DNA from: Octopus sinensis
Taxonomy: Eukaryota
Reading direction: 5' to 3'
DNA length: 64,000 nt
Assembly (NCBI RefSeq): GCF_006345805.1
Contig: NC_042998.1
Location: 80,786,001 to 80,850,000 of the forward strand
Both the position numbers and the translations under genes were made by a program. The notes below the pieces were generated by a model. It saw only the letters and a program-made list of their open reading frames with translations, had not been told where the DNA came from and searched no databases. Shown piece after piece: positions 48,185 through 62,136 of this stretch; position 1 is the stretch's first letter; each line of letters starts with the position of its first letter.

Positions 48185-49852
48185 AACCACAACAGTAATG
48201 TTATTGTTATCAGATATTTGACACAACGGTAGCAGTATTCAACTGATGGTTATATTATCAAATAATAGTGAAAAAACAAAACAAAAACAAACAAACAAAT
48301 AAACAACAACCCTGATATCTGAAAAGAATGATATTGCGTGGACGATGACTGAGTTTGATTGTTGAGATGTAATAACAAACTTGACAATTTGGTATCTACT
48401 TGGGAGAAGTTAGAAAAATCTCCTAGAAGCTGTTGCTTGAGAATGTAGCATCAAAGAAGTATAAAGACTATTGGAAGGCCATTTTAATATCTTAAGGTTT
48501 AAGACTGCAAACTGGCTGAGTCGCTAACACGTTGGGGAAAAATGCCTGGCAACATTTTATCCATCTTTATGTTCTGAGTTCAAATTCCGCCGGGGTCGAC
48601 TCTGCCTTTTATACTTTCGGGATCGATAAAATAGGTATCAGTTGATCACTGGGGTCGATGTAATCGACTTACCTCTCCTCCGAACATGTTTCGTATATTT
48701 TATTCATATTTGTTTTTGTGGATATCTAACAGAGATCATGCACAGAAAACACACGAACAAATAAGTAGATACGTGCCATATGATGTGTGCGCATGTGTGT
48801 GCCTGTACGCTTTCCTGGTTTACAGACTCAGCACCTGTGGACCTAGCATCTCAAATAACACATTCCGTACTAGGGCAAACCAGGAGTGTTTCTATGTTAC
48901 TTAGATCCACAAGCCTATGAAACAAGTTTACACCACCCTGTAATGTTATCAAGCAAAATGTAAATTAAGAAGCATAGAGAGCAATCAAAGTAGATAATGT
49001 CTGGAGAATTCAATTTAAACTATTTAGAAATTGGATATCAAGCTGTGAGAATAATTACCATTTATAGAAATCCTTTGATTTTACGTATATTTCGGCAATA
49101 AAGCACTCTTCACGTTGATTTCTAATAAAATGCCTCTGAGTAGAAATTATGTTATTGATCAAAGCACTTCCCTCTAGATGAAATCCATGGAAAGTTAACT
49201 CATTTTGAGTCTGTTCTCTTATGAGCCAACTAAATTTTTGTTTTAATCGATTTTTACAGTTCAAATTAGAATCCGTAAATGGTAAAAATTGTTATATAGT
49301 AGTACAAAAGTTGTTAGAAAAGTTGTTCATATAGATATTTGCAAACAAATTTGAAAGGGAGAAGAAAAGATTTATTGCAAAATAAAATCAAAGTTCATGG
49401 ATTAGTATTTCTTTAGAAGTAGGCTGACTTAACTGAGATACGATTTAAACTAATTGAATCATTCTAAGGCAATATCGAATTAAGTTAATACAAGGATGAC
49501 TATTCTATTTTATAACAAACTTTACCACGAATCGTTTTGTTTTTGCAGTTATAACTATTATCAACAAAATATATAAGTTATGCATCTAAAATCTATGAAT
49601 TAGAATGTGCACTGACATCACTTTCCATAACACTATCACGTGTACACCGAAAGTGTTACAAGGTAATTTTCTTTTTATTTTTGGTAAATGAACCAAGATG
49701 TTAGAGGATATTGGTATAATTAAATTCTATACAAGAAAAATGCAACGAAAATGAAATCAATTTCTAAAATCAATAATTAAGCAATTTAAAAATTTTGATT
49801 GGTTATTTTAATTTGTTTTAATTCAATGATACTAAATTAAACTGAGACTACT

Positions 49853-49939
<87 letters not shown>

Positions 49940-49951
49940 TATATGTATATA

Positions 49952-50110
49952 GGGAGAGTTTATGAAAAAAACAAAAGACGAAGACAGGTAGTGTACAAAA
50001 CAAACCGATGTATTAGTATAACGTTCCGGAATTGAAAAAGTCTTTTACGTTTCGAGCCTGCGCTCTTCTACAGAAAGGGCCAAAGAAAAAAACAAGGAGA
50101 GAAAAAATGT
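49952..50110 (-). mobile_element. ~160 bp (TA)n-associated mini-element with hammerhead-like motif at 50042-50077
   Basis: Minus CTTT-CTGTAGA-A-GAGC-GCAG-GCTC-GAAA-CG-TA-AAAG; homologous to 53041-53215. Confidence 0.7.
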
Positions 50111-50119
50111 GTGTAGTGG

Positions 50120-50171
<52 letters not shown>

Positions 50172-50216
50172 GCGCATATATATAAATATATATTTATAAG
50201 AAATTTATATATTGAT

Positions 50217-50318
50217 CACAACGGTCGTTTCGATACATTCTGCATCACTCACTCGCGGATAGGAAACTATACAGTTAATTTCGGTTCTTTCCACGGTGCA
50301 GGAGGATCTCATCCGGTA
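50217..50318 (-). ncRNA. Degenerate hammerhead-like motif, long helix II
   Basis: Minus TAC-CGGATGA-GAT..CTGCA...TGCAG..ATC-GAAA-CGACCG-TT-GTG; U4G and a broken palindrome. Confidence 0.4.
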
Positions 50319-50744
50319 TAAATGCGTATATAAAAGCGTGTATGTATTACGTATGTATGTGTGTGCGTGTATAGATATATATTTATATATATACTGTGGG
50401 GTGGGAAAATAAATATTCGTACATGTCAAAATTCGTTATTTAATTTCTAATGAACATAAATGGGATATACCAATACTATATTTGCATACACATAAATAAA
50501 CTAAGAATATATGTGTGTGTATATATATATATTTGTGTGTTTGTGTTTGTCCCCCGCCCATCATCGTTTGACAGCCGAAGTTGGTGTGTTTACGTGCTCG
50601 TAACTTAGCGGTTCGGCAAAAGAACCGATAGGCTTACAAAGAATACTTGCTGGGGTCGATTTGTTCGACTAAAGCAGTGGTCCAGCATGGCCACAGTCAT
50701 ATGACTAAAACAAATAAAAGAATAAAAGAATAAAAGAATGCTTC

Positions 50745-52330
50745 CAGTAAGCGGTCACACAGAGATATTACCGGAAATCTGATTCCCTTCATGCAGAAAA
50801 AATTGGCAAAAGCAGTTCATATAGTAGCGTTTGAGATTCAACGGTTGAAAAGAGAGAGGAAGAAGAACGAGAGCAAAAGGCTGGGAGAGGAAGGATATAA
50901 GTAGCGTAGGAAGAGAGAACAGGGGTAGAGAGGAAGGCATGAAAGGCAGCGAGAGGGAGGAAGGTTTCTATGACTCGAGGAATGAAAAGAGATAGAACAG
51001 ATGAAACAGAGAGGAGAGAAGGTAAAGTTAAGATCAGTGTGATGAAAGGGAACCTCACTGCTAGTTGGAAGTTTCATTAAGCAGATTTTAAGTCATGTGG
51101 GGACGGTAACTGGTTATACGAAGAGACTGGTAGAGGTAAGTAATTAACGAAATGAATAGGGGTAGAGGTAGCAGAGGTGGAAGGTATGATGAGATACAAG
51201 GAAAATAGAGAATGAAAATGTTGCTAGCATAGTAATAAATAATAAGTAATGAGCTAAGTAATAAGGACCTATCCGCAATTAGGATAAATAATAAATATTT
51301 TACATAAAGGGAAAGGTGGAATTAAAATAGTGTCTACGCGAGAAGATTACGCCAGAGAACCAATTGAGTATCAAAGTATTAAGGTAGTGAAGGATGGCGA
51401 ACATTTTCCTGCAACACAAATTTCAAACACAGTGGTTATTACTGGACAGAGAAGCCGTACAAACTATGAACCGGGATAAGGTATAGGAAATATTCTAGGA
51501 GCTGGAGTGGCATATGTACTAGGGAGGAAGAAAGCTTAATAGGCTCTATTTGAGAACGAATTCATATGGTCTCGGTAGCAGCGTTTGAAATCAGCCGTGC
51601 CGCCAATGTTAACTCTAGCCTGGTGGGAATATGGGGTTATTACCTAGCATTTATATACGAAAGAAAACCCATGCAGTAGATTTTCCCACTAGTGGTGAGT
51701 TTAGGATTAATCCCTAATCTGATCTGATTCATATGATCCGTTATCCCCCAATTAGAATCTGAAGTGTTGTTATTACTGGTAAGGGGCCGGAAGAGGACGT
51801 TACCACTGTCATATGTGGTTGCTACTAGTACAAGGGATGGTGGTACCAGGATTGCTATTATTGACTTGCGGGGAGTTCCGAAAGTTCACAGTATTAGCAT
51901 TTGGCGGATTAGGGTGAGATCCAGGTGGAGCGTTCGTAAGGTCCACAGTAAGGCGGCTTAATATACGCCTATTGAAGTGGCAATTATAGATCCCAAGTTT
52001 GGTGTTGTAGAGTTTCGGGATTTTAATCGAAGATTTATTAAAGATGGGGTAGTATTAATGGTGGTTAGGAGTATGTGATTTTGTTCGATCCAGTAATCCG
52101 AGGCCTGCAATCAGCTTACAGTGGAGGTCGCTGATATCCTTAAAAGCATTCCTATGAGCGTATTTCCACTAAGTTCCTTATATATGTAATTAGTGTACAT
52201 ATCAATCGGGAGGGTGTGGGAGCCGGAATTAGGATAATATCTCTGCGTAACTCTTTACTGCTTACATACCCGAGACTTTTCTACATCCCATATGCAGATT
52301 ATAAACATTACTATTATTTAGTAAATCTGA
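50745..52330 (-). mobile_element. Decayed Penelope-like element (RT-endonuclease linker and GIY-YIG domain, 3' region)
   Basis: Minus fragments PIFNKSSIKI, TTPNLGSII, VNIGGTADFKRCYRDHMNSFSNRAY and NLCCRKMFAILH match the PLE linker / GIY-YIG / CxxC pattern; many stops. Confidence 0.65.
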
Positions 52331-52475
52331 GCTTCCTGAAACAGCTGTATTCACTTAGTTTTCGGTATTTTTGAATACTCTGTGTAAATGTGTTTCTCTG
52401 AATTTATATGCAATATGTGTATATTTCTGAAGACACGTAGATATAGATCTGTATCTGTTTGTTTGTATATCTATC

Positions 52476-52585
<110 letters not shown>

Positions 52586-52741
52586 ATTTCAAGCCCCATT
52601 GTGTTTATCTACATTACGACCTCCACATCTGCTGGCCTTGGATTTCTCTTGACGCTGTGGACGTAGTTTAATTCAATTTTATTTGAGCAATACTAAGTTT
52701 TCATTACTGAACACATGCAGCTCTCACCTTTTGTCTGTCTG

Positions 52742-52817
<76 letters not shown>

Positions 52818-52983
52818 TTAAAATAATAAGGGTGAAGAATTGAATATTAATTTGATTAATATCAATTTAACACCAGTGGTCTAGCATTTTAAAAAATTGA
52901 AGTTTCAGAAAAATGATATTACATACATATAAAGGGAGTTCACTTACAGGTCATCCTTTCTATATATATATATTATATATATA

Positions 52984-53040
<57 letters not shown>

Positions 53041-53041
<1 letters not shown>

Positions 53042-53212
53042 AATCTACGAGTTTTTTCATTCTCCTTCAGTTTATTTTCTCTTATTCCTTACTGTTGAAG
53101 AGCGTAGGCTCGAAACGTAAAAGGCTCTTTTCATTTTTCGCCAGCGTCAAACTAATACACTTCCTTGTTCATACACCTGTCTTCGTCTTTTGTTTTTCTA
53201 TAAATGTCAACA

Positions 53213-53215
<3 letters not shown>
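53041..53215 (+). mobile_element. Mini-element between (TA)n tracts with hammerhead-like motif at 53088-53123
   Basis: CTTA-CTGTTGA-A-GAGC-GTAG-GCTC-GAAA-CG-TA-AAAG, then CTGTCTTCGTCTTTTGTTTTT as in the 49952-50110 copy. Confidence 0.7.
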
Positions 53216-53285
<70 letters not shown>

Positions 53286-53477
53286 ATACATACATACATA
53301 CATACATACATACATACATACATACATACATGTGGGTGCATGCGCACGTGTGTCCGAATGCACGCGTGTCTGTGTGAATGTGCGCGTGCATTTATGATAC
53401 ACACATACAAATATAATTATATAACAAAGTTTGAGACAAATTCAGAGAGATAGAGAGAGAGTGAGAGAGAGAGTGAG

Positions 53478-53516
<39 letters not shown>

Positions 53517-53732
53517 CTTTATTCACCATAAGGTTGAGAAAAAGAGGGGACAAAACAAACGTTGGGGTCAGGGTATCGAATGAGACGAAACATATGAATA
53601 AACAAACAATTAAAATATATACAATTAAATGAGAATGAGTGATTAACAAAAAATGAAGCGGAGGACGTAGTTGACCCCACAAATCGCATACTCACACTGA
53701 AGACTTTGATTTCTCCTTTTCTACATTCTCGA

Positions 53733-56680
53733 TTAAACAGGTTCTTTCACTCGCAACATACTTGCTATAGACTTCCATCTTTTACGAAACACACTTTGCG
53801 ACAGGCATTTCTTCTCCAGCCTTATTTTCCGTTTCATGTGGAAAACGAAAAAGTCGATTAGCTCGAGACTGGAGATAAACATGCCTGTTGCAATTCCTTT
53901 TACTCTCGTCTTCCACACTACTTCTTTGGCCATAGCAACTACCGAAAGAAAACAGGCTCGCTCCTCCCTATTCAGGAAGGTCGGCGGAACTATCTTCATT
54001 ACAGATTCGCTCGACAGTTGTACTCTTCTCGAATGCGACAGCAGGTGTTCGACATAAGCCCAGAGTTCAGTCACCTTCGGGCATTGCACAGACCGGCGAA
54101 GGTGCACACCCATGTCTAAAGAGCTTATCTCGAACCGGTAAAGCTCCTCTGTAACATTGCCAGGCCAGGGACTTTTGGTAATTATCCATAGGCCCCGGAC
54201 CGAATGTTCTTTGGAACAGGCTGGCCAGTTGATTTTCGTCGAAGCCCAGAGTGTCTCCTAGGACGTCATCACACTTAAACTCAACTAACTCTCTATAGAA
54301 GAACGAGGTAGTAGCCCCGCCACCGGCGTTGCCCGACTGGGAGAGAAGCACGAGTGCCTGATAGCACTCTGCATGCCACATGCCCAACCTCGGTCTACAC
54401 TTGATCCATGGGTTCAGTTCGTTAAACGATGTGAACTGTGGAAATAACAGCTTGACAAGCGGAGACCACACCTGCTCACCGTCCAGGTAAATCCAGAGGT
54501 GCCTAAGCCTGAGCGCATGTCTGCGCATTTTTAGCCACGGCATCCCTAACCCACCGTTCAGCGGCTTTTGGCAGCAAATAGAGCGCCTTACAAGAGGTCT
54601 GCTGCCCCTCCACAAAAAGTGAAAGAGCATGCGTTCCAGTTTGTTCAGCCACGAATCGGGGCAAGGCACTACGGTTAGGCGGTAAGTGATTACAGAGGCG
54701 ATAAACACTTCTGCAACCTCCGCTCTCCCTTTCAAGGACAGCTTCCGCTCAGACCATGTCTGAGTTAGGAGAGCCTGAACGGCTCCGAAAAGAAACCATT
54801 TACTCGAACTACCGATTCTATGTAGATGTATAAAGCGATGATCCATCCGCGGAAGGTCGGGCCGAAGCCAGCCGCCGCGAGGACCGCCGCCAGATACTGA
54901 TGGTCCACCCTATCAAACGCTTTCGATTTGTCCAAGTGGACCATAGCCCCACCCTTGCCAGGAATCCTATTTACCCTTTCTAAGGCATAGCGTAGAAAGT
55001 GGAGATTGTCGTGGATGGTCCTTCCAGGGATGGCGCAAGTTTGCACCTCGCCAACAAGTTCACCCACGACCCGCGCCAACCTTTTTGCTAAGACCTTGGC
55101 CAAGATCTTCAACTCTGCGTTAAGCAGAGTGATAGGCCGGAAATTAACAATTAAATTCCCCTTGTTTGGGTCCTTTCTTAACAGCGCTACCACCCCTCGG
55201 CTCACTGACCTAGGAATTCTCCCGTTCTGCTGCCAGTTGCTGTACACGCATGCAAGTAGGTGCCCAAACAAGTCTGGCATGCTACTATAGAGTTCGTAAG
55301 GCAGACCATCGAGTCCCGGCGATTTGTCCCCGCTGCAGTCTGCCAACATATCCTCGACTTCTTTGGCTGTGATCGGCGCCTCACAAGATTCCGCGTCCGG
55401 CCCCGATAGACGCGGCGAACCGGCTAGGAAGTCTGCGAGCTTCTCCCCGCGTTCCAGCTCGCCGCTCCTCCCGAATAGCTGGGCGAAATGATCATGAAAC
55501 ACCTTTCACATCTCCTCGGGTTCGTTTACTAATCGACCATTTGGGCCCGTCAAGGATCGAATGGTTGAGTTGTTGCCACGCTGGCCCTCTACCACCCGGG
55601 CCCATCCGGCTGCGTTGATCCCTTCCTGTCTCATTGCACGGATCTTAGCCCTGACAATGCACCCTTCATGTTTAGCTTTGAGATGTTGGTCGAGTGCTAA
55701 CCTCGCCGCTAACACTTTCGATGCACTGCCTGACCTCATTGCCTCCTCTATTGCCTTAACTAGTTCCTTTTCTACTTTGTTTCTAGCACTAGCTAGTTTT
55801 TTGCTAAACCTAATTAACTCAAATTTGATGGCTCTTTTCAGGGCGTACCACCATTTGTTGTTGATAATGGATCCGGTTAACGCCCTCATTACTAATCGTT
55901 TAATCTGATTCCTGTAGGCTTCACAGTCCAATAGTGACTTGTTTAGCTTCCAGTAACCGGTACCTCGTCTACACATGCTATCTATGTCGAGCGTACAGGT
56001 CACTAATTTGTGATCGCTGTAGCTGACGATATGGTGTTGTGGACAGCTAAGTATTTTCTTATCTTTCCTTCTAGTTATGATTCTATCGATATAAGATCTG
56101 GACGACCCGTCGTTTCTTGCCCAGGTCCACGCTGGAGTGTCTGGATGGTCCAGTCTGAATCTATCTGCCAATTCGAAACGACTTAGCATATCGTTGAGGT
56201 GAGGTAATCCCCTCCTATTCTTTCTCGAGCCAACATAATCTACGCTTGCATCGCAAATTATGTTGAAGTCACGTGTTCGACGTGCCAAGAAAATTCTCTA
56301 GGCTTTTGAAATACTCTTTCTGCCCGGCTTTTCCTTTGCACGGAGTATAGACAGCGACCAGCCTGAACACTTTACCACTGCTGTGCGTCACATCCAAAAC
56401 GACCAACCTGCCTTCCGGATCTATAAAGACAGTTCTAATCTCTAAATCCAGGTTTTTCCTGACCAGCACTGCCACTCCTCCTCCCCCTCCAGGTCGACAG
56501 GGAGAAACGTATTTCTCGTAGCCGTTTAGAAGAGGCATAAAGGCCTGCAGCCCACTCAGTCTTGATTCGGTAATTACCACTACATCCAAACGATGCGACC
56601 TAAGGTCGTTAAGGAGGTAGCCTTGCTTCCAATACGACCCCAGGCCGCGAATATTTATACAACCGAGTTTAAACGAGAAT
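53733..56680 (-). pseudogene. Tx1 ORF2 (APE endonuclease plus reverse transcriptase), frameshifted and deleted
   Basis: Four consecutive ORF pieces; the QGCPLSP/YADD part of RT is absent at the junction near 54800-54850. Confidence 0.85.
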
Positions 56681-56738
56681 GTGAAAAATTAGTCGAAAGT
56701 TTAAAACTTACTGTTTTAACGGAAGAGAGGGTGTAGTT

Positions 56739-58330
56739 TCACCCTCCTCTTTTCTGTCTGTGAGTGTTGTGTTTTGCGAGGTCAGTTTTTTTTGCGAATT
56801 GCCTGTACAGATGGCTTGAAAAGTTCATCTGTAACGGGCCTACGTCCTCGGCAAAAGTTTTTTTAATTTCAAAATAATCAGCGTTATCTATTGTATAAAA
56901 TTCTACATTTTCAGAAATAATACTATTTATATCTGTTACGATATATTTTTTCGCCGATTTCATTAAGATAATTTTTTCTCTTAATGGGTTATTGTTTTTA
57001 TTTATCGCTGTGAAGGTGTTTCTTTTTTTTTGTTCGGTGATTATGGAGTGGTGGTGTGTGTGTGTGTGTGTGTTTGTGGGTGTGTGTGTGCTTGTAGAAG
57101 CGTGGGTGTTTGTAGGTGTGTGCGTGCTTGTGGTAGGTGTGTGTGTGTTTGTGTGTGCTTTTTCCAGTGTGTGTGTTTTTTTGGCTACGTGTGTGTTTGC
57201 GACTGTATTTGTGGGTGTGGGTGTGCTTGTCTGTGTCAGAGTATAGTCCTGTGTATCCGAAGAGGGTGGATTTTTCCGTTTCTGTCTTCTTTTTGAAGGT
57301 TCTATGGTGACCCACTCCTGGATGTTGTTGTTGTTGTTGTCATCATTGTTGTCGTTTTCTGCCGTTGTCGGCTGAATTTCGGCAATTGGGGTGCGTGACG
57401 TGGCTGCTATTTCTAGCGGTGAAGTTGTTTTCGGCGTCGTGCTTGCCTCTGCAGTATTTTCTTTGGCTGTCTTCTTGCAGCTCGACTTTATGTGGCCTTT
57501 CCGACACATTTATAACACCTAGGTTTTCTTCCCTCGACTATTACCATCAAGCTGGTATTATCTCCAATAGTGAGGGAGCTTGGCAATTTTTCCAAGTCCG
57601 AGGGGTTCGCTTGGATCACAAGTTCTAAGTCTTGTCCATACCAGGTCGTTGGGCGATATCTTTTAGACTGAAGAATGGCAATTTCTTCCTCTTTGCCTAA
57701 GAGAATCGCTGCTATTATAAAGTCCACCTCGATTTCGGGCGGAATGTCCGTGACCGTTATCCTGGAAGTTCTCATCCCTAAATAAAATGGTAGAAGAACT
57801 ACTTCGTCTGACTTCAACGTTCTTGTTGAATGTTCCCTAGCTATTTCTTCGCTTGGGAAACGCACCTCTACCGTTCCGAAGCGACTACCCCTTGTTATAT
57901 ACGTAGTTTGTTGCCATATCGGCCTCAAACATTTTTCAATGGCTTCTCTCTGCACGAAGTCAATTTTCTTATTTTTCACATTATATGTCTTGTATATGAC
58001 AGTTTTTCTCTCCGTCGCGTAAATTAATTCACTGGGAGGGAACAACTTCACATTATCACCTTCTTTTTTTAGTAGTCCTTGGTATTTCTTTAATTCTTCC
58101 TTGTTAATGACTATATTTTCACAGGGGCGAGTTGCTGCACTCGCAAAATTTATTTTTGACTTTTCTTGTTGTGTAGTAGCTTCGCCAGACATATTGTCGT
58201 CTGCTTTTGTAACGAGCGCGTGAGACATCTCTTTACTTTTACCTTCCTCCTCCCACATTTTCGCCTTCATGCCTTCAAACAAATTTTCAACGTTTTCCTC
58301 CGACTCGGAGGAGATTGGTGGCAAATTCAT
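56739..58330 (-). pseudogene. Tx1 ORF1 (nucleic-acid-binding protein), frameshifted near 57505
   Basis: ATG at 58330 (MNLPPISSE...); the CCHC knuckle is split between ORFs 57488-58672 and 56739-57509. Confidence 0.8.
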
Positions 58331-58487
58331 GTTTTTCGTCGCTTCCCCCTTGAAACAAGGGGGAAAGAACAGCAAAACTCTGCTGCAACAGCAGAAAAGA
58401 AGTGGCCTCGACGACCAAAACAGCAAATTTTCAAACTTTTCAGCACAAAAACAATCTTTCACTGCGGAGCAAAGAATAACACGACCG

Positions 58488-58490
<3 letters not shown>

Positions 58491-58569
<79 letters not shown>

Positions 58570-58624
58570 TGGAGAGATAGAGAGAGAGAGAGAGAGAGTG
58601 AGAGTGAGAGAGAGAGAGAGAGAG
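58491..58624. repeat. (GA)n microsatellite at the Tx1 5' junction
   Basis: Direct reading; a matching (GA)n tract lies at ~53445-53511. Confidence 0.97.
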
Positions 58625-60564
58625 TAATAAAGCAAAGAATTGAAAGCCCTCTAAGGTATTTAGATGTTTCAAGCTTTCAAAACTACGGTTTGATACATTT
58701 TACTCTATTCATCGTTCAGTTTTTGTTCTAACCACACGTCACCTTTTCCTATAATAAAAGAAATCAATAGCAACACTATTATGCACGGAATTCTTCGACC
58801 GCTCTTGGAAGCAAAACAGGTGTCTCAATAATAAACAATCATTGTAAGACCATTTACCTTTAACGGATATCTGATTCTATTTTGGACATTCTTTTTCAAT
58901 ATTTCAATGTTACCATAGTTTTAAGAACAAGGCCATAATCTGCCAATGGTTTTATTAAAATTAACAACCAGGTGGTTATCATTTGTTTTTGTATATTTAT
59001 TGGTAATTGTGTAGGGAGTAGTTTCGCGTATTAATTATCCAAAAAATTTGTTTTGTGCCTACAATATTAGAATGGAGAAAAATAATTCAATAATTCATTA
59101 CACCAGAGAAATAATTTCTACTGTTGTTGAGCCAATTGAAAACCTGACAGAATATGACACATTTGCTCGGGAAAGAGGGCTCTATATACTGCAATATGAA
59201 AATAATTAAGGAAAGGCAAGACAATAGTATAATCAGAATACTGATTTGGCTGAGTCAATGTACCCTGATATGAAAATATAATCTGGATCAAATTTTCACT
59301 TTTCAAATAAAGTAGGTTCAATAAATTTTGCAGGTATTTGTACAGTTTGAACAGTTTATGGTCGGCAATTTCGAGAAAGACGAGGGTAGGATAGTGTCCA
59401 CTTGATAGAAGTTCTAGGAAGGAATGAACAGGAAGAAATATTTAGAGCGGGATCTAGAAAGTGTAAAACAAACGTTAGTCGACAAAGTGAGACAAATTTG
59501 TTAAGTGAACCTGAATTCAGGAGTCATTCATATAACTGTTTCAGATTTATTTATCAACAATCACTGGCTATTGCAGAAGTAGTAGATTGGTAGACAAATG
59601 AAGCAACATATTTGTGTTATTCGCAGTCTATTGGCCAAATGAATCTTTTCTGAACAACCTGATGCTCTTGTTTTGGATGTAATAATCGTCTGTTAGGGTC
59701 AGTAACAGTAGGATAGTCTTATGTATGGGAACTGTACACTATTTCTGTAAACATGGTTCTAAAGACATATATTTAAATGTATAGTGTATTTTTACTATTT
59801 AAAGTTTTAAAAGTTAAGATAAGAATTATGTTAAAGAACAGAAGATAAATTTCAGAAGCGATCAACCAATAGACAGATTTAAAGTTTGAATGTCACTGAG
59901 AATATTCTTTTCGATAAGAAGTGACTAAAATGTTGTAGGATTTAAATATGGAAATATTTTAAACATTATTTGGGTGTTTTAAAGCATTATCAATAAGTCT
60001 CTGATAAGTTCTATGTTTTAAGCAAAGCATTAGTGAGGTTATGCAATAAGATATTCATATGCGATGTGGTAACAATGAAAGAAAAGCATTCAACAATGAA
60101 ATATAGTCAGATGTAAGGAAATGTGTTACAGGTTAGTCTGATCAGGCGAAAACTAATGCACTAAGTTTGTTTTCTTGAGGATGAGTGATGTTAAATGTTT
60201 TGAATAAAAATTCATTGGAATCTATGTGTTCATGGTGAGATAGAAACATTTTAGTTTTGATTGTCAAAATGAAAAGAAAACATATAAAGTAAGCAGGAAG
60301 AACTGACAAGTAAAGAAAATGTATGTATCCTGGAGGATCTTCTCCAATTTGAGTCGATAGTATTGTACGTGAAAAGATTGAATCAGAGTGAGGATGAGGA
60401 AAGTAAATAAGAGGGTACAGAATCATTGTAAACTGCTGCAAGATTGAAAGCAACAAACAAAGAATTAGTGCATTGTAAGGGTGAGATATGTTTGGGTAAC
60501 GTTGCATTTGTATCAAAATATGGAATCCTAAATTCTATATTGCACGTGAGACAATTGTACTTGT

Positions 60565-60955
60565 TTCAGTCATTAGATTGCGGCCATGCTGGGGTACTGC
60601 CTCGAATGAACCAACTCTAGTACATAATCTTTTAAAGCTTGCTACTTATCCGATCGGTCTCTTTTACTGAACCGCTAGGTTACGGGGGCGTAAATCCCGG
60701 AGGTCCATTGATGGTGGGGGAAAGAAACTCAGACACAAAGACACGCACGCGCGCGCGCGCGCACACACACACACAACACACACACACACACAACACACAC
60801 ACACACACACACACGTATACACGACGTACTTCTTTCAGTTTTCGTCTCCCAAATACATTCACAGGGCTTTAGTAAAAGACACCTGCCCAAGATGCCACGC
60901 AGTTGGACTGAACTCGGAACCGCGTGATTCGAAAGCAAGCTTCTTATCATACCGC
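60565..60955 (-). mobile_element. SINE family C with internal (CA)n
   Basis: GCGGCCATGCTGGGGTACTGCC, GAACCGCTAGGTTACGGGGGCGTAAA and ACACCTGCCCAAGATGCCACGCAGTTGGACTGAAC. Confidence 0.8.
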
Positions 60956-61513
60956 CACAATTGATAACAACTGATGACTATTGATAAGTCTTGATATGTA
61001 AAAGTCGGTAAACCAGCAGATTGATTAGAGCTTAGCATAGAATAACTCAGGATACTTGTTTCGGATTTCTGTGCTCTGTGTTCAAATCACAATAATGCTA
61101 ACGTTGTCTTGCATACTTCCGACATCAATAATATGTACGAATGCAGAAAAATAACAGTGAGCAGGCGGAATTATTGGGATAAATGACTTATGGCATCTCT
61201 TCCGGTTCTCTGTGTGCTGATCGAAACATCAGTGGTGACACTCGAGCCATGCTGAATTGGGCTTGATTTGTCCTTAGACATCATCGTAGTTGTAAGGAGG
61301 AAAAATTTGTATGCATCGGCAACTGTTGGCCTTCCATACAAAATACTTTTCCTCGTCTAACACTTGGGAGAGGAACGTTTTTGGTGCATTTTATCCATGG
61401 ACCAATGACGACCTTACTTTATTGTTAAGAAGCAATAATATTTTCATTGTGTTAACTTAGCAATGGATTTTGGTAGGATTCCACATTTTAAAATTTAATC
61501 AGAAATTAAAATT

Positions 61514-61914
61514 TTATTTCTTTATTGCCCACAGGGGGCTAAACATAGAGGAGACAAGCAAGGGAAAATAAGAGGATTAAGTCGATTACGTAGAACCCCG
61601 TGATTAACTGGTACTTATTTAATCGACCTCGAAAGGATGAAAGGCGAAATCGACCTCTGCGAAATTTGAACTCAGAACGTAACGGCAGACGAAATACCTA
61701 TTTCTTTACTACTCACAAGGGACTAACACAGAGAGGACAAACAAGGACAGACAAACGGATTAAGTCGATTATATCACCCCAGTGCATAACTGGTACTTAT
61801 TTAATCGACCCTGAAAGGATGAAAGGCAAGTCAACCTCGGCGGAATTTGAACTCAGAACGTAACGGCAGACGAAATACCGCTAGGGATTTCGCCCGGCGT
61901 GCTAACGTTTCTGC
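61514..61914 (-). mobile_element. SINE family A dimer with 14 bp TSD
   Basis: CAGAAATTAAAATT at 61500-61513 and 61915-61928; two units. Confidence 0.88.
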
Positions 61915-62073
61915 CAGAAATTAAAATTAAAATGTGAATGAGTGTTTTTTAACCATTGTTAGAATATATTTAAGAGAGCTGGATCGAGATTGACAATGCA
62001 AAAATTGCTATTGAGAAGTTTAAGATATAAGGATGAGACAACTAACATTCTGATTTCAAGATTTAACTCTTCA

Positions 62074-62136
<63 letters not shown>

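Larger units (their letters stand above)
53512..58490 (-). mobile_element. Tx1/L1-clade LINE, both ends present, RT internally deleted, inserted in (TC)n
   Basis: ORF1 58330-56739 (RRM-like region, CYKC..KGHIKSSC knuckle across a frameshift). ORF2 ~56680-53733 (APE: INIRGL, DVVVITESRL, SDHKLV; RT: SPGLDGLP, NFRPITLLNAELKILAKVLA, KAFDRVDH; zf-RVT-like C-terminus). 3' end AATAAAGAAATAC abuts (TC)n; the 5' end also abuts (TC)n. Confidence 0.92.

Noticed and set aside
57495-57515. Possible programmed frameshift in the Tx1 ORF1 zinc knuckle (and between gypsy ORFs)
   Set aside because: No slippery heptamer; the elements carry many other indels, so decay or consensus error is simpler.
58331-58672. 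N-terminal extension of the 394 aa ORF with a poly-(SL) tract
   Set aside because: It is read-through of flanking DNA, the (TC)n target and the 5' UTR; the plausible start is the ATG at 58330.
59300-60520. Possible very old LINE endonuclease region on the minus strand
   Set aside because: Only faint resemblance, with no motif I can quote with confidence; it needs a profile search.
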